A stretch of DNA of 64,000 nt. Origin: Strigamia acuminata. Taxonomy: Eukaryota. The DNA is taken from assembly GCA_949358305.1 (NCBI GenBank), contig OX442314.1, forward strand, positions 10,168,001-10,232,000. Reading direction: 5' to 3'. The notes under the pieces were generated by a model. It was not told the origin of the DNA and did no database searches. It saw only the letters and a program-made list of their open reading frames with translations. Each line of letters begins with the position of its first letter. Position 1 is the stretch's first letter. Positions 60,961 to 64,000 of the stretch are shown piece by piece. The position numbers and the translations under genes are program-made.

Positions 60961-63040
60961 AGCTTAAAATGTTGTTACCATTCAATAGCGACAATCAGCG
61001 AAATGTAAAGAACAGCGCAAAATGATTACGAAATTAGAAATTCAACTGGGAAAAAAACAGATATTGTAAATCGTTGCTTCCCGGAATCCCGGACGAATCG
61101 TCGAAAACGGGTATTCAACGAGCCGAGTCGGCAATACCCAGCCGAAGGTAAAAAGGTCAAAAACTAACCGATCGACCGTTCCCATTCGAACACAAAAGTT
61201 AAGCACCAACCGCATCTACCGCCACAACCCACCTCCAATGGGCTTTTCTGCAGTTTCCGGACTCCCAAACGTCACGAAACGCCAAAATTGAGATAAAAAC
61301 CCGTAAAGTAAATTTTACCGGGCACTTAAAACAAAAGAGAGAAGATACTAAATATTAATTTTTGTGGATTTAGCATTTTATTACGCCCATATGTTTGCTA
61401 ATAAAATGAAGTAAAACGGAAAAAGTTCGCGTGCAGAGTGGGTTAGTGGGCACAATCTATTTCAGTACTATAAATGTGTTGATTCAGAGGCAACTGGTCA
61501 ATTAACATTGTGCATGCACCCCTGCAACAAAGGAAATGATTGTATTGCGTTATAGCAGTTAAAACTCTCCCTCCTTTTCATCATTGCTGCGGTTCACTTG
61601 TGGTCACTCTGCTATTCCACTAACCCTAAAATTATTTTTTTTTTTTTTTTTGAAAAGTAAATCAACAAATTTCGCGTTGTCAAGACAAAAAAAAATTGTT
61701 TTACCTCGACGGCCCTTCATCAATAAGAGTAATTAGCTAAAAAAAAGTAATAATTTTTTCATGTTTTTTATATATAAAAATGATGGTCGCTTTTTATTAT
61801 TTTTATCTCCATCACTTAATTAATAATAAATGACCAGCACATGCAACAAGTCATTAAATGTTTCAATGTCGTATTTTTGAGTGTAGAGTTTTTATTTATT
61901 TACACAAAGGAATTAGGAAAATAAATTGAATAGTAAAATCCTGGCTTTTATAATTAGTGGATTGTTTTTATCGGCTATTAAGAGACTCGACGGATATTAA
62001 ATTTTGTTGACATGTATTGAATTATGTTGAAATGTATTGCAATGTATTTTGAAATGCATTGTTTAATGTACAAATAATTTACTTAATTCTGCGAAATGCT
62101 GTACAATCGTGGAAAAAAATAAATTGTCTTTTTTTCCGTTTCTTGTTTGTGTAGTGTACCAAATGGGCTACCATACTTGTGCTTTGTATAGTTGTATCAC
62201 CTGGGCTCCAATTGCGCGCGGGGATTAAAAAGTTGTGCTAAATGCGCAGACAAATTACCTTTTTCAATAAATGAAGAAAAGTTTATGACAATTGTAATTT
62301 ATAAGAACTAATCTGCATTTTATGTCTTAAATATATAAAAGCCAGACTAAGGTATATCTTTTTAAGTAGTTCGCAAGTCTGTATATGACCGATTGGGCCT
62401 CCAATTACGCGCGGGAAAAAATAGCACACGGGTGCAGAATTAGAAGATTTACGGTATTGATTACTGGAAGTAGGGGTACTGGTACTGACCCGGCCTTGTT
62501 TCATATCGTATATTGTAAACAATCGCTCACAGTAAGGGGTTTTCATTAACTGAGCGATTAGTTGATTACTTTGATTAGTCGATTACTTGATGTGTCATGT
62601 GACTGGATTCAACCAATCCTGAGAATAATCATTTCATCAAATAAGCAACTAAGCAACTAATCAAGTAATCACCCCAAATCATAATTTTCTGCTGACTTGG
62701 GCCGATTATAAGTGCTTTCTCAACTGAAACCAACATGGCGGCGCCAGACCCGCTTCAACTACACAAGGTCATAATTTAGCAAAGTCTGCTCAGTTTAGGT
62801 TAAACTGAACACATGAAACGAGTTAGGTAGTTGCAATTATTATTTGTAGGAACTTTTTTTTAAACAATTGCAACGTATTTAGATCACAATTTAAACAATT
62901 CCGCCCATCGGAGCAATAATCACATAATCAGATTTTTGTTGGGCCCTCAATAATTGAGTGATTATGATTATTGCAACAATCAACTAATCACAATAATCGC
63001 TCATTTAATAAAAATTAAAAATTTTTATTTTGTTTTTTAG

Positions 63041-63468
63041 GTTTCTCGACCCCGTTGAATTTGGCGGGTCCTCTGGTGAGTCGAGTGTGCGGATTCCATA
63101 TTACGGGCGCGCAGTTTGAGCTGGATAAAGGTGAGAAGGAGCTGATACGGATGCACCGGACGGGTCCGATATACAAAGTGAGGCCCAAGAGAAGCGTGTT
63201 GGACGGGCGGCCTCAGATGAGGGGTGTGGTGATCAGAACTTTGATCAAGAAGCCGAGGAAGCCGAATTCGGCCAATAGGAAGTGCGTGTTGTTGCGGCTG
63301 AGTAATGGGAAGGAGGCGGTTGCGTATGTGCCGGGCGTGGGACACAATTTGCAGGAACACAATGTGGTGTTGGTCGAGGCTAGTCGCTTGCAGGACGTTA
63401 GTGGGGTCAAGATGAAGGTGATTCGGGGGAAATATGATTGTGCTCATGTTATTAAGAATAGTAAATGA
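63041..63468 (+). CDS. MRPS12: Mitochondrial small ribosomal subunit protein uS12m, main coding exon (upstream targeting-peptide exon not identified)
   Basis: Translation contains MHRTGP..LDGRPQMRGVVIRTLIKKPRKPNSANRKCVLLRLSNGKEAVAYVPGVGHNLQEHNVVLV..RLQDVSGVK..RGKYDCAHV, the S12 signature. It is preceded by a TTTTTTAG acceptor at 63040 (phase 1), with AATAAA at 63519-63524. Confidence 0.95.
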
Positions 63469-63719
63469 GGTGGCGGTGTTGTTTTTGATGATTTTTTTGT
63501 TTGTAGTTTTTTTTTGTGAATAAAGGAATTTGTTGTGATCGATGGTGTTGAGTGGATTTTCATGCGGGAGGTGGTGGAGGCGATGCGGCAGAGATTGGAG
63601 GTTTTCCCGTTTGAAATGGTTTTTATTTTTATTTTTTAAATTTATGTGAAAAAAAAAATCATTAATTTTTTTATAGGTATTTTATGGGGAAAAATTAACT
63701 GATTGAAGCTATTAAAGGG

Positions 63720-64000
63720 GGAATAAGGTATTTAACGGGGAAAAATAGCTGAAATGAGCGAAGTTGTGGTTAAAAATAGCTTTAATAGGTGAATAGTTAA
63801 AAAAAAGATGAAATAGGAAATTTACTGTCAGAAATAGATGAAATAAGTTAATTTATTTACAAAATTGTTGAAATAACAGAATTTATAGCCAAAAATAGCT
63901 AAAATAAAGGAATTTAAAGTCGAAAATGGATGAAATTTGCAAATTTATAGCCAAAAATGGCTGAAATAGCGAATTTATAGCCAAAAATGGCTGAAATAAG
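63720..64000. repeat. About 30-bp degenerate minisatellite (CTGAAATAGCGAATTTATAGCCAAAAATGG)n
   Basis: Visible units running off the window end. Confidence 0.85.

Noticed and set aside
61480..61590. Minus-strand C/D box snoRNA (ATGATGA ... CTGA)
   Set aside because: No convincing terminal stem and no recognisable rRNA-complementary guide.
62735..62830. ATGGCGGCGCCA as the MRPS12 first exon
   Set aside because: Its nearest donor is phase 0 whereas the 63041 exon needs phase 1, and the frame hits TAG before a phase-1 donor. An alternative at 59156-59192 has the right phase but does not look like a mitochondrial presequence, so the question is left unresolved.
63037..63447. Minus-strand ORFs over the S12 exon
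   Set aside because: Antisense shadows of MRPS12.
8800..64000. Tandem arrays as CRISPR arrays
   Set aside because: Units are head-to-tail without unique spacers, there are no cas genes, and the context is eukaryotic.

Overview
This is AT-rich, intron-containing animal (invertebrate, probably arthropod) nuclear DNA. No prokaryotic features or CRISPR array are present. Genes read from splice signals and reading phase: (1) an unrecognised + strand gene with ten phase-compatible exons spread over 862-44145, whose 5' end lies outside the window; (2) a small secreted Tyr-rich protein gene nested antisense in its first visible intron (1705-3481); (3) a complete, compact, about 31-exon TDRD9/spindle-E piRNA helicase on the - strand (45998-52956); (4) the main coding exon of mitochondrial ribosomal protein S12 (63041-63468). 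One large intron holds a 3'-truncated Kolobok/Mutator-like DNA transposon (about 16900-21300) that carries a divergently transcribed RGG-rich cargo ORF. The rest is dense with MITEs (hAT, Tc1/mariner/pogo, PIF/Harbinger, piggyBac, Helentron-like), LINE remnants and minisatellites. The most intriguing signals are: unrelated A/T-tract minisatellites whose periods are all multiples of about 10-10.5 bp and that sit next to exons (PATC-like); the transposon's RG/RGG cargo protein; the nested Tyr-rich gene; and a MER30-like hAT terminus suggesting horizontal transfer. All coordinates were read by eye and no searches were run.
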